NCBI GenBank assembly: GCA_024346625.1
Contig: AP024666.1
Coordinates: forward strand, 1,488,001 to 1,552,000
Source: Williopsis jadinii
Taxonomy: Eukaryota
Direction: 5' to 3'
Length of the DNA: 64,000 nt
Part shown: in pieces, positions 34,057 to 44,904 of the stretch
Layout of the letters: each line of letters opens with the position of its first letter
Numbering within the stretch: the stretch's first letter is position 1
The notes under the pieces: model-generated
The model's database searches: none
The model's input: the letters and a program-made list of their open reading frames with translations, nothing else
What the model was told of the DNA's origin: nothing
Translations under genes and position numbers: made by a program

Positions 34057-34064
34057 CACGTGAC
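34057..34064. promoter_or_regulatory. Cbf1-type site CACGTGAC upstream of ZWF1
   Basis: Exact GTCACGTG on the minus strand ~660 bp upstream of the ZWF1 ATG. Confidence 0.35.
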
Positions 34065-34533
34065 TTGATGCAACGCTGCACCTCTTGATGCCGGAAAAAC
34101 TATGTACACCGGAACAACTAATCCATAATCAGACAATAGACCGTTTGGGCTATTGTAGGAGAAGGGACTGAAAAAAGCGCTTGTTACTTCCATTAGTGGT
34201 TGACCAAGGCTCCCACAATGGCTCGCTTGGTGAATCGATAACGAACACTACGATATCCGTGTGTCCTGCTGCTTCCACACGCTACCCAAGTCACACATAC
34301 AACCACACGTATGGATTTGGTAGCTTTCGGCTGGGTGATGTGCGCGTTTTGGACACAGGGGCAGAGGGAGGGTGGACTTTCGTCCGATTTGTCCCAGACC
34401 GGTGCTTTGCAGGTTCGGCCACGCACGGACAAGACATAATGGACTCACATCATCTACAACGGCCATTCACAGGTGTGCTTCTATGTACGTTATCGATGTA
34501 ATCTACATGGCTCAGATCTGTTGCTCTCAGTGT

Positions 34534-36240
34534 TCATTCCATCAGGTGCACGCCGATATGCTTGGGTAATTGGACAAAGTCCACGTTGGACATTGGCAAC
34601 GGCTGTTTGGTAAAGACCAGCTCAACGTCCTTCAGATCAATCTTCACGAAGATGTTGCAGTTTTGTAGATGTGAGTATAGGTTTACGTAGTCGATCTCCA
34701 GGACTTGTAGGCTTGGGAAGTGTGTCTGATCAAAAGTGTAATCCTGCCTCTCGACCCGTATCTTTAACGTGATGGACAGTCGTTTCAATTGCTTGAACTG
34801 TGAACCGACGGTGAGCACGCTCTGCGTATCAAACCGACCTAGGGTTAAGTCCTCTATCGTCGACGATAAGTGTAGGCTGAAAGGAGGATCCTCCGGTGAT
34901 ATTGAATATAGGGACTCCGTAGCCAGCGTGTCGTGTGATTGTGGTATGTCGTTGACGTCGATGTTGTTGTATGACATGCTCAACTGCTTCAATCCCACCA
35001 TCCGGTTGATCAGTTCGTTACTCTTGATAAATGACTTCGAGTTCGTGGTCAATGAGCACATCTCCACTCCCTCTAAGACTGGAGACAGTTCATCAAGAAC
35101 GTTAAACAGTGCATTAGGCAGAGATGTGAACTCCAACGTCAATTGCTTCAAACTGGGGGCTCGGAGTCGTTCGAATCTCAGCGTATTTTCCTCCTCACGT
35201 TCTCGAGATCCGTAGATTGAAAGCGATAACGACTGTAGACTTGGTAGATACAGATCACATAGACAGGCAGAGTTCCCCACAATGGTTAGTTCTTGTAAGC
35301 TGTTCAATCGTGTCACACTCTTACTCGCTTTCCAAAAGAGTTCATCGTCCCCTGTATATGCACTCTCCAACGACAATGACCTAAGCATAGGATAGCGATC
35401 AAACATGCTGAGAGGGATCCCACTTTCAATGGCCACGCCAAAGACCTGCTCAAGATTTGGAAGGTACGAGCCTTGGAAGAAATCAACAAGTGGTGGGATT
35501 CTATTAGAGGTCATCGAGGTGTTTGTTATACCTCTGAGAATCTTCACACTCTTTGATACAAACCGGCACGGATGGAGATTGCTCTTCGTGAACCAGAATT
35601 GTGGAATCTCAACAGCCCTCCGGAATTCGTACTCATGGCCAAATCTTATGAGATCCTTCTCAACCATGGAGCTGTCACTGCTGAGGTTCAAATCCTCATG
35701 ATTGAATGTTTTCAAGGCATCTTCAGCATCGTTTAAGAACATCGTCTTTGAAACCTGCGAGAGCATAGCATGGAATTTCATAGCCTCAGTGTTCGATACT
35801 CGATTCTCCTCCACAGGCTCATAGTCGAGCCAGTATCGACTCTTCTGCTGAAATGACCGACTCGCACCTTTCCTTGTCATGAAGACCTCAATCAGAGGTG
35901 ACAGCGGCCGTAGTTTACAACTGGCAATTGTGTACAGATATGGATACGAGCCTGTAGAGTTTGGTGATAGCCCTGAGTATTCAAAGATGAACAATTGGAA
36001 CCTGTGAACAACAGATTCAATCTCTGAACGATCACTTGACTGATCCATGTGTAAATATCTGCCACTGATGCCTTTGAAGTATTCACTCTGCTCTTCAGCA
36101 TCACCAAGTACAAGGACAAACGACTTGATCAGAGCCTGGAATTGTTTACACACCCTGGAGAGGTCAATGAGTTCATACACATCTTCAAACTGTGTAAGGA
36201 TAAGCAGGAGAACCTCATCAGGCAATGAAAGCAAGTTCAT
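34534..36240 (-). CDS. F-box protein with degenerate leucine-rich repeats
   Basis: N-terminal F-box LLSLPDEVLLLILTQF...LSRVCKQFQALI; LRR-like units LPNLEQV, YPMLRSLSL, LNSLQELTI, LPSLQSLSL, APSLKQLTL, FKQLKRLSI, FPSLQVLEI. Confidence 0.85.
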   Translation of the reverse strand: MNLLSLPDEVLLLILTQFEDVYELIDLSRVCKQFQALIKSFVLVLGDAEEQSEYFKGISGRYLHMDQSSDRSEIESVVHRFQLFIFEYSGLSPNSTGSYPYLYTIASCKLRPLSPLIEVFMTRKGASRSFQQKSRYWLDYEPVEENRVSNTEAMKFHAMLSQVSKTMFLNDAEDALKTFNHEDLNLSSDSSMVEKDLIRFGHEYEFRRAVEIPQFWFTKSNLHPCRFVSKSVKILRGITNTSMTSNRIPPLVDFFQGSYLPNLEQVFGVAIESGIPLSMFDRYPMLRSLSLESAYTGDDELFWKASKSVTRLNSLQELTIVGNSACLCDLYLPSLQSLSLSIYGSREREEENTLRFERLRAPSLKQLTLEFTSLPNALFNVLDELSPVLEGVEMCSLTTNSKSFIKSNELINRMVGLKQLSMSYNNIDVNDIPQSHDTLATESLYSISPEDPPFSLHLSSTIEDLTLGRFDTQSVLTVGSQFKQLKRLSITLKIRVERQDYTFDQTHFPSLQVLEIDYVNLYSHLQNCNIFVKIDLKDVELVFTKQPLPMSNVDFVQLPKHIGVHLME

Positions 36241-36825
36241 TGTTGCAGGAGTCGGCTCACGTGGACTGCTTTCATGTTGAACAGGGCATGATGTTCGTTT
36301 TGTAGGCTCTCAGTGTGGATTTCTTAAGCCCCGCGAATTCCGTCAACAGAGAAGCAGGTGGTTAGGGGAGGTACTACAAGGGGGAGGTTGACGATACGGT
36401 GGATAGTGAAAGTTTTCATCGCAGATGTAGATTGTAATGGTTGGTACTTATTTCTCTAGTAGCTGTTCTTTTTTGGTAGCTTTTCGTTTGATTTTACAGC
36501 GAGTTTCGAGAGGCTATACCACAGCTCGCAGCTCCATGAGTTAGATAGTGAATGACACTCGTATTGATGTTGAAAGTAGCAATTGTATAATGTATGGACG
36601 CTGTGAGATTGATCCGCAGGTGTTAAAAAGTGAGTCGTGCCTTCCTGAAACCTGTGTTCTGTATACGAAGAGATCACGTTCACAACTTGAACTCTCTCAG
36701 AACTACGAGGATGACAGAAATCATTCGTTGCATTGAGGTAAGCAAAAGCGTGTAATAGGGGAAGCTCATACTCTCATAGCCAAGATCGATGCTCTTACCA
36801 CGTGTAACAATTAGCCTATTGTGGC

Positions 36826-39800
36826 TTACTGGGCCTGCTTTGGTGTTACAGTCGATGTTGAACGTGTAGGGGTGGAACGGCCTGAAGAATCATTGGAAGC
36901 AGAGCCCGCAGAGCTCCCAGCAGCAACAGCAGCAGCAAACGCAGAGCGAGTACGGGAAGATGGCGGAGCATCAGCATCCCTATCCACTAGTGGTAGATCA
37001 TCAGTCATTGTTCTTGCCATTGCCCTTCGAGTAGCAATGAAATCCGGAGGCAAACCCAATAGTTCGAGTGCACGAGAGGCAGTGTATACCCTAGCAGTTG
37101 GGCCTGAGTTCTGCAAAACATCAGGTGGAATGGGAGAAGATTGAGTATTAGCTCTGCTGTTGACTGTTGATTGCTTCGTGGTTGAAGAAGAAGCTGTTGT
37201 CTTTGAAGAAGAAGACGGACTCGTTGATTTTCTGTTACTCTTTGAAGCTTGCACACTGTTTGTAGGAGTACTCGCATTGACTTTCAAAGGACGTGTGTTA
37301 TTCTTCCCAGATGTACTTGTCCCAAACGTTGAAACCTTTGAAGACGAAGCTTTTGGCGGAAAAGACTTCTGATTGGAGTTCTTTGGTAAGATGGATGTAT
37401 TCACCGGAGAATTAGACCCTGAAATAGAAGTCTTTCGAGCAGCCGTCTTTGAAGCACCGGTCTTCTGGGTTGTGCTCTTCCCCATTGATGTACCAGCAGA
37501 ACTTCTATCACGATTGGAGGTATTTCTGTGCTTTTTACCAAAGCTAGATTTGATGTTATCATAAGCAACAACGTCATCGTCATCCAAGCTTTTGGCTTGT
37601 CTCTTAGAAGTCTGTTGGCTCTTAGCTGAACCCCTTGTGTCGTACTTTTTTGGCAAGCCGTTGTCCGAGGACATTGGAGATTGGCCCTTCTTTGAGGAAC
37701 TTCGATTTGAACTATCATTGTTAGTGGAGCTATTACCTCCAAATGAACTCTTTTTAGCAGCATTTTTCGAAGATTGAACATCAGAACTCGAGTTTTTGGT
37801 TCCAAAAGATGAAGATACATTTGCTTGATTGCCAGTTTTTGCACCACTGGTGCGTTTAGACAGGGACCGAGTATCGTTTGAGGTTGAAGACGTGGTTGTC
37901 TTAGTGCTACCTTTGGCATTGGTGCCGGTCTTTGCTTTGTTACCAGCAGAACTTTTGGTGTTGTACACAATCTTATCGTCTTCCCAATCCTTATTCCCCC
38001 TTTTAGATGTTGTGTTTGGTGATGTTTTCACAGTTGAAGAAGAGCTAGATGCTTGATTGGAATAACCACTTGACGGAGATTCAGCAGGCTGCTTCTTAAA
38101 TTGAACAGTCGATGGTGTTGGCGTTTTTGATGCTGCGTTTCTTGAAGGTGAAGTCGTTCTTAAATCACCGGTAGATGATATACGATTCTTCTCCATATGT
38201 TCTTGTCCCTTAGCTTTAGTAACACAAGATGGACTAGAATCATCTCTGCGTGGGTTTGAACTGTCTGTGCATTCGGATGTGATTACATGCATAGCACCTG
38301 AATTGACAGTGGAGTTCGTAGACATGGAGAAGGATCCCGTGGTGGGTCTTGTAGAATCAGTTCCAGTACTCTCTGACAACGTGGAACGGTTACTAAGAGA
38401 CCCCAATCCACGATTAGGTGTACCCATTGCAGCTCCAATAACACTGAATGGAGAGCTATTAGATGGTTGGCCAACCCCAACAGAGCTTGGACGAGTTCCT
38501 AGCGGTGATCTTGAAGTTGGCTGAACATTTGGCGTAACTCTTGACACCGACTCGGATGAAACAGGTAAAATGCTGCCAGTAGGTCTAGGAGAAGAAGACA
38601 CAGTCTCGTCAACAGAGCTCTGAAATCTCTGTTGAAGACTTTTTGGCATCCTAGCCATAACATTGTCTAAAACTTCATCCATGAATGATCTAAAGGCAGC
38701 ACTACCTAAAAAAGAATTCGCATCATCATCGCCATCGTACACATCGTCCTCAAAGTCATCATAACTGTCGTAGTCATCAGAGTAGTCATCGTCATCATGG
38801 TAATCATAGTCGAAATTGTACTCAAGGGGATTGTTAACAGTAACTGAATAATGATAATTGTCATCGTCATCGTCATCGTCACTGAAGTTATCGTGATTAT
38901 CATCACTATCACTAGTATTTGCATCGGTATCCATTACCACGTCATCATCATCATCATCATCATCAGAATAGTCCTCATCAGAATTTTCAATAGGATCAAA
39001 TATATCGAAGTATTCGGTAATGCTTCCACCATCAAAATCGTCGTAATCAGGGTCATCAGTTGGGTTGTAATTCAGATCATCCTGTTCTGCAGACCCAAGT
39101 CCATATAATCCATATTTGTCATCCGTGTGCGCAACATCGTGATCAACGGTGTCGCTTCCAAAGAAGCCTTCAGGCCCGTCACGTAGAACGTTCAAGAGCA
39201 TACCAGTATCACCAGGAAGCCCTGCAACTTCTTCCTCCAGAAGGTTATTCATGAATTCCTCGTACTGGTCGAACGAGCTTCCACCTATACGATGCCCTCT
39301 TTCCGTTCTCGTCAGGTATGGATAGATACCTGCACTTAGCCATATCTCCTCGAGGTGCTTGAGTCTTTCAATACTCAACGTTGCAACTCGACCGTTTGAA
39401 ATAGCACTGCGACCACTTTGACCATGTGAGTTGAGGTATGGTGCATTGATAGTCTTGGAGTAGAAATATTGTCCTCTCAAGGAAAATAGCTTGATCTCAT
39501 CTGTAGCTGGCAACAAGAACATTGCGTTTGATTGGCATAAGCAACTATTGATGATATGGCTCACATACTGCTGAGCCGTGTGAATTCCAATGATTTCTTT
39601 ACCGCACATTAGACAAATAGATGAGGTTCCATTCGTAGACCGTGAAGCAGTATCATCCCGAGTGAACACACTTCCATTTTGCAGTATGTTGGCTTCGATG
39701 AGCGAGTTAAGACTCTTAGGTAAGTCCAACAACTTCACAACACCAGGATATCTCAAACCACCCAAAGGAGGCACCATCGACTCATGCAAAGGATAATGAG

Positions 39801-42800
39801 GGAACTCTGTTTTTGGACCGGTAGAGAGAATATCAACCAAATTCGGAAGTCCTAGACTGTGCAACAGGCTATCGACACTGAATGACTCAGCTGACTCTGA
39901 AAAGACAAAAGTTGGATCGTAAACCTTCATAAAAATAGCAATGTTTCTCAGATCAACTATTATTAATCTTTCAATACAGCCAATTCTGCTAGCAATATCC
40001 TCTTCAGCATAATCAGTGAACCATATCTTTTGATCAGGGAAGAAATCACCAAACACCTTCACAGTCCTGTCATCGATATTCATAAAAGGTTTACACCGAG
40101 GATACAAGACCTTGTCAAGATGAAGGTTTTTGCCGTATTTTCCAATGAAGATCTTCACCAGACCAGTGACAACCTCTTTAAAAGGTGTCTGTGTGCCAAA
40201 CAAGAGAATACAAAACATGGTAATCATTGACGTCGTTCTGGAAATGTTATCCAGAATGTGTGACTTTCCCTTCTTGTCTCTTGGGTACGAGAAACCATGA
40301 AGACACACTGCGTATTCAAACAGCGATTTCAACAGAACAAAAGTCTGTTCAGGGATCTGATCCAAAAACCTTGTGTAAGCAGAATTACCATTGACTCTGG
40401 TTGCTATTTCAGCTTGAGAAATCGTTAAACTGAATATGCTCCATATGTGCACACTTTCTGCTCCTTCAAAAGGTGAAAAGCCTAGTGCCAAATCACCAGT
40501 CTCCATCAACTTCATTATTCTATCCTGCACGTCGTACAAGATGTCGACGACTCCCTCGGTCATGATTTTTCTCCAAAGTCTCATATCATAATCTTTCTCC
40601 AGCCAGCTTCTGTCATTGACCATATTGGGTAAAACGGGGACGTAAACATCGTTCTTCACTTTACACAATGGACACGATACACTACTGGATTTCTTCCAGT
40701 TTTCACGACGCAAATAGTCCTGTAGACATTCAAAGTGGAATCCGTGGTTGCAGGAGACTGCCACTCTTGAAATGATCGATGGACGAGAATATGCGGCTGA
40801 TTGACAAGTAGTTTTACCAACGAACTCGTCATCGGGTTCCAAAGTGTCATCACCCCAGTCCATGAACGCCCTTTTGATATAAGGATCGTCGGAAGTTGGC
40901 AGTCTCTTGATGGTATCGGTGTCGACCAAGGTAATAGGCATGAGCATTAGTCTTTCAGTAGACTCAAACCCTTGACACATCACACATTGTCTGCAACCAG
41001 CAGTGTCCACGTCAGCTTCCTGGTTAACAGTTTCGTTCTTCAAGATGAAAGCTGCCTGTTTCTTCTTCATCTTCTTCAAAAGACGTGCTTGACGAGATTT
41101 TGCAATCTTCTTCCTCTGAGCTACATCATTCTTACTCTCCACCAGACCAGATATACCCTGTTTGTACTTATCAATTGCACCGGCTCCATGTTTCTTGACA
41201 ATGCTTTCTTTGACCTCATCTCCACATTGTAATAAAAACCACTCAAACAACAAATTCGCCTTACTGGTTATCTGTCTGGAGTATTTACCAGAGGCCACAA
41301 CTTGGTAAAGAAGTTGGTATATCTCGGAAGACATCCAGATCTTCAAAAGATGTTCTTTCTCACCACACATTTCTGAGTCCATCAGGATAGCATGGAAAAA
41401 ATGCAGGATATAGACAAGCATGGTTTCACTTTCTCCATTGAGCGCAATTTCAAAGAATCGGTGTGCAATACTGGCAAACGTTGTCGTACGAGTGAAGTGA
41501 CCGATTTGCTTTGAAAAAGATTTAAGCTTGTCGAGTTGTGGGATGAGAATTAAAGTATCATCACCATCAGCAATGGCCTTCGATATAACTGCAACATTCG
41601 TGATGACATCTCTCTTCTGCGCCAAAAATGCCAGAGGATCAACATGCTTGAACTCTTCCTTTTTCAAGGAGTACATACCTTCATCCTGTAGACCTTTAGG
41701 TGGAGTAAAGTCAGTAAGTTGCTGAAGTGTTTCCTCAAAGAGCTCATGAGTGATCACTTGTTCGTCCAGATCGTCTTCGATTTGAGTAAAAGTCAACGGA
41801 CCAGAAAACAACATGTACCTCAAGATTTCAATAAATGCATGAACCTCTTGTTTTGGTTTGGAATCAAACAACATGAAGTCTGATCTCTTGGAAATCATAG
41901 CATACAAGAATCCCAGAGCCTGTTCCATGATGTTTGGAGCCTTGTTCCCGTAAACACTCAGCTCAGCATCGACATTCGATCCCGCATGGGAGAAAAAGGG
42001 CTGTAATTCAAAGTAGGAAATGAGGTCTTTAATAAGGCCTTCAGGGTCAATCATTCCATACAGCTGAAGAAAGTAAATATCCACCGCAAGGTCACTATCA
42101 CCAAACTCACGTTCGGAATAAAACGCTGCCATGGAGAGAACGCTTGTACCGTTACGTACCCATAGTCGAGCATTGATTTGGGCATATAGTACCAAACGTT
42201 TTAAAGAAACGCGGGCAATATCAGCAAATGGCACTTGCTGTGCAATTGTGCCCACGGTTTTGGAGTCACGATACACAACTTTCAACAATCTACTGAGGAG
42301 CAGCAGTGTTGGATAGTAGAATCCAATCTTTGAAGAAGAAATCTTGGACACCTTTCTTGGCTTTTGTTTGGTCAACTTCGATGCCAAATCGAACATAAGT
42401 TTGCTTGTACAATGAGACAACTCAAGTGATCCAAGATCGTCAAGTCTCCACTCATCTGTCAGTGACAGAATTATCAGGTTTAGTTCTTCGACAGCCACCT
42501 CATAAACCTGATATTCGAGATTCTCAAGCTCCACATGTTCCCCAGTCTTTCTAGTGATCAAATAACTATCGTCATGATACTCAATAATCTTGCAAAAGTA
42601 GTAAAAAGCGGTAGGATGGAAGAAGCTCTTGATACTCTTCGTCTTTTCTACCAAGTGCTTGAGCGTTTGGAAAATGGTGTTGTATGTTACTGTTCTCTGG
42701 AGTCGACGGTCTGCCAAGGGACCAGTGATTCTAATCACACCAGGCCGATCTTCCCATTGCATATGGCTCAAAACGTCATAAAGCAACGCCAATAAACGGT

Positions 42801-44277
42801 TACATGACTGCTCGACAATGTGTCCAGAAGTTATAGGACAAGTGAGGAACTGGACAAGGAACTCTTGCAAAAACGTCAGCAGAGGTTCTCTATCGAAAAG
42901 CAATGTGTTCTTGAGCAATAAACCATAGATATCAACCACTTGGACGCCAGCAGTGAGTTTGAACTCCGTTGTAGATAGCAGAACAGCCGTAAGCAGTTCT
43001 TTCAGTTTGGAGCGGAATAGCTTCCAAAGTCTAGGTTCCAGGAATAAGAGGAATTTCAACCTTGTAGATTCATATTTTGACGGTTCTATAAGAACTTCTG
43101 TGTTGCTAGTGACAAAATCTCTTGGAAGAAGGGACCCTTCAAGCAAGCCCTTATAAGGTTCTTGAATGTTATCAGACTGCCAGAATGGTGCCAATTCAGA
43201 AGGCAAATGGTAGGTAGCTAAGAGAGAACGTGCCATGGCAGATCTCGATATGGTTTGAAAGTTGTAATTTGGGTTACTCAGCAAGCCTAAGAGGACCTTC
43301 AATACTGAAAATGCAACATCTTCTCTACCAAACTGTTGATTGTCTGTAACGGTGGCTGGAAACGGAAGCATCGCAGCAGTACGATATTGTTTCAGAACCC
43401 ATTCAATTATGGGACTCTCTGTAATGATTGTACGACCGTAGTCGTTAATTCTCTGTGCCAATGCATTGCAGAGATGCGGATCAGGGGTTTTACCACATAT
43501 AGAAATGGCATTCTCTGCCTCCGAGTAGTTGTGAACTTCATCATTCCAGAACACAAGGTAGTAATCTCTCACGTCCTGAGAAGGCTTGTGGACCTTGTCC
43601 ATCACTGATCGGGTGAAAAGCACATCTTCCCGAATGGCCGTCTCTCTTTCATGTTGAATACGCTTCTGCACAGAGAGCAAAGTCTGATTCTGCTGGGAGA
43701 AAACCTCAATGATGAACTCGAAGCACACGTCAAAGATCACAGTCAACCGGTCTTCGTATTCCTTGTTGAAGATTTTTGCATCTTCTTCCGAGCCCGCTGG
43801 CTTTTGACAGGCACAGCGCAACTCCTTCGTCCACGCTTCCTCATCACCACAGTCACAGATACCGTTATTTGAAGATCTCGCAACACTCTTAGAAACATTG
43901 TGCCCAACATGGTCATCCTTGTTAAAGCAGTTGGCACACAGAACACACGTCTCGTCAAACCCACAGTCGGCGCATCTGTAAATGATATCCTTGTTGGCAA
44001 ACCGATGGCCACAGTTTCTACCTTCGTGTCCGTAGTTGACCTGTGGTGGCTTCCATAGGTTCCAGCTCCTGACACCTTTTAGTTCAAACTCATTCTCGTA
44101 GAACGGGAGTGAACTCGAACCCGGAAACACCCTCTCAAGATGTGCGCCATCCTCACTGACAGCCTTGTAGAGAAAGTCACGAACAACAACCAACCTCGAC
44201 GTGAAGTCGTCTGGGTAAACCCAGCCAGCAAGTTCGTAAAGAAACGTACGCAGCTTCTGAGCACTTGAATCAGACAT
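36826..44277 (-). CDS. UBR1: N-recognin E3 ubiquitin ligase Ubr1 with long C-terminal low-complexity extension (~2483 aa)
   Basis: UBR box (HEGRNCG...DETCVLC...GICDCGDEEAW), ClpS-like WNDEVHNY, basic region, RING (CVMC...SCNHGFH..C...CPLC), APYLNSHGQSGR; ATG 44277; near TYS1-TFG1-HGH1 as in S. cerevisiae. Confidence 0.88.
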   Translation of the reverse strand: MSDSSAQKLRTFLYELAGWVYPDDFTSRLVVVRDFLYKAVSEDGAHLERVFPGSSSLPFYENEFELKGVRSWNLWKPPQVNYGHEGRNCGHRFANKDIIYRCADCGFDETCVLCANCFNKDDHVGHNVSKSVARSSNNGICDCGDEEAWTKELRCACQKPAGSEEDAKIFNKEYEDRLTVIFDVCFEFIIEVFSQQNQTLLSVQKRIQHERETAIREDVLFTRSVMDKVHKPSQDVRDYYLVFWNDEVHNYSEAENAISICGKTPDPHLCNALAQRINDYGRTIITESPIIEWVLKQYRTAAMLPFPATVTDNQQFGREDVAFSVLKVLLGLLSNPNYNFQTISRSAMARSLLATYHLPSELAPFWQSDNIQEPYKGLLEGSLLPRDFVTSNTEVLIEPSKYESTRLKFLLFLEPRLWKLFRSKLKELLTAVLLSTTEFKLTAGVQVVDIYGLLLKNTLLFDREPLLTFLQEFLVQFLTCPITSGHIVEQSCNRLLALLYDVLSHMQWEDRPGVIRITGPLADRRLQRTVTYNTIFQTLKHLVEKTKSIKSFFHPTAFYYFCKIIEYHDDSYLITRKTGEHVELENLEYQVYEVAVEELNLIILSLTDEWRLDDLGSLELSHCTSKLMFDLASKLTKQKPRKVSKISSSKIGFYYPTLLLLSRLLKVVYRDSKTVGTIAQQVPFADIARVSLKRLVLYAQINARLWVRNGTSVLSMAAFYSEREFGDSDLAVDIYFLQLYGMIDPEGLIKDLISYFELQPFFSHAGSNVDAELSVYGNKAPNIMEQALGFLYAMISKRSDFMLFDSKPKQEVHAFIEILRYMLFSGPLTFTQIEDDLDEQVITHELFEETLQQLTDFTPPKGLQDEGMYSLKKEEFKHVDPLAFLAQKRDVITNVAVISKAIADGDDTLILIPQLDKLKSFSKQIGHFTRTTTFASIAHRFFEIALNGESETMLVYILHFFHAILMDSEMCGEKEHLLKIWMSSEIYQLLYQVVASGKYSRQITSKANLLFEWFLLQCGDEVKESIVKKHGAGAIDKYKQGISGLVESKNDVAQRKKIAKSRQARLLKKMKKKQAAFILKNETVNQEADVDTAGCRQCVMCQGFESTERLMLMPITLVDTDTIKRLPTSDDPYIKRAFMDWGDDTLEPDDEFVGKTTCQSAAYSRPSIISRVAVSCNHGFHFECLQDYLRRENWKKSSSVSCPLCKVKNDVYVPVLPNMVNDRSWLEKDYDMRLWRKIMTEGVVDILYDVQDRIMKLMETGDLALGFSPFEGAESVHIWSIFSLTISQAEIATRVNGNSAYTRFLDQIPEQTFVLLKSLFEYAVCLHGFSYPRDKKGKSHILDNISRTTSMITMFCILLFGTQTPFKEVVTGLVKIFIGKYGKNLHLDKVLYPRCKPFMNIDDRTVKVFGDFFPDQKIWFTDYAEEDIASRIGCIERLIIVDLRNIAIFMKVYDPTFVFSESAESFSVDSLLHSLGLPNLVDILSTGPKTEFPHYPLHESMVPPLGGLRYPGVVKLLDLPKSLNSLIEANILQNGSVFTRDDTASRSTNGTSSICLMCGKEIIGIHTAQQYVSHIINSCLCQSNAMFLLPATDEIKLFSLRGQYFYSKTINAPYLNSHGQSGRSAISNGRVATLSIERLKHLEEIWLSAGIYPYLTRTERGHRIGGSSFDQYEEFMNNLLEEEVAGLPGDTGMLLNVLRDGPEGFFGSDTVDHDVAHTDDKYGLYGLGSAEQDDLNYNPTDDPDYDDFDGGSITEYFDIFDPIENSDEDYSDDDDDDDDVVMDTDANTSDSDDNHDNFSDDDDDDDNYHYSVTVNNPLEYNFDYDYHDDDDYSDDYDSYDDFEDDVYDGDDDANSFLGSAAFRSFMDEVLDNVMARMPKSLQQRFQSSVDETVSSSPRPTGSILPVSSESVSRVTPNVQPTSRSPLGTRPSSVGVGQPSNSSPFSVIGAAMGTPNRGLGSLSNRSTLSESTGTDSTRPTTGSFSMSTNSTVNSGAMHVITSECTDSSNPRRDDSSPSCVTKAKGQEHMEKNRISSTGDLRTTSPSRNAASKTPTPSTVQFKKQPAESPSSGYSNQASSSSSTVKTSPNTTSKRGNKDWEDDKIVYNTKSSAGNKAKTGTNAKGSTKTTTSSTSNDTRSLSKRTSGAKTGNQANVSSSFGTKNSSSDVQSSKNAAKKSSFGGNSSTNNDSSNRSSSKKGQSPMSSDNGLPKKYDTRGSAKSQQTSKRQAKSLDDDDVVAYDNIKSSFGKKHRNTSNRDRSSAGTSMGKSTTQKTGASKTAARKTSISGSNSPVNTSILPKNSNQKSFPPKASSSKVSTFGTSTSGKNNTRPLKVNASTPTNSVQASKSNRKSTSPSSSSKTTASSSTTKQSTVNSRANTQSSPIPPDVLQNSGPTARVYTASRALELLGLPPDFIATRRAMARTMTDDLPLVDRDADAPPSSRTRSAFAAAVAAGSSAGSASNDSSGRSTPTRSTSTVTPKQAQ
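38942..38965. repeat. (TCA)8 microsatellite encoding poly-Asp in the Ubr1 tail
   Basis: Directly visible tandem repeat. Confidence 0.9.
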
Positions 44278-44904
44278 AGTTCCACACAAACACGAACACC
44301 TTCCACTGTTATTGCGTGACGCGTTTGTCCAGAAATCTACTAGCAGCGGCTATTTTTCGAGCTTTTAGAAGTTTGTCTTGGATGTATGAAGAGGTGGAAA
44401 TTTTCCAGGACGTCTGTGTCTCGTTTTGCCCTGTCTTGTCCTGTCTTGTCCTGCGTTTTTTTCGATCTCTCTCTGATTTTTTGTCCAACGTATATATAAC
44501 TCCGGCGAGGACATTTGGAACCAAATTGCAGTTCAGGGAAGTCGACGATATATGATGTTTATATGTAGAGCAATGTCAGGTCACAATTGGTTCCTGTATT
44601 CCACATCTCAATCTCTTGTTAATTCACATTTCCTTTGTAAACTCATCCCAATGGCTTCACCATATGATGCTTCTGTAGAAGAAGGTGCTATCTATCGTCT
44701 GATCCGGACACCTCATCATCCGGACACCCGCACCCAGCCAGTACGCCCCCGATGACTGGAGACGGTAGGCGCAGTCCTTTGTTTACGGTTTGTTTGCGTC
44801 ACTTTCCATCGATGGCGAAATTGTCCATAAAGACATACACATACCACTGAACTCGGTTGGACATACCTGAACAGAAGCTCGATCAGAACACTGGTGGCAT
44901 TTGA

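Noticed and set aside
44811..44901. Rpn4/PACE-like sequences (GATGGCGAAA, GGTGGCATT) upstream of UBR2
   Set aside because: Both deviate from GGTGGCAAA; too weak despite the attractive Ubr2-Rpn4 link.
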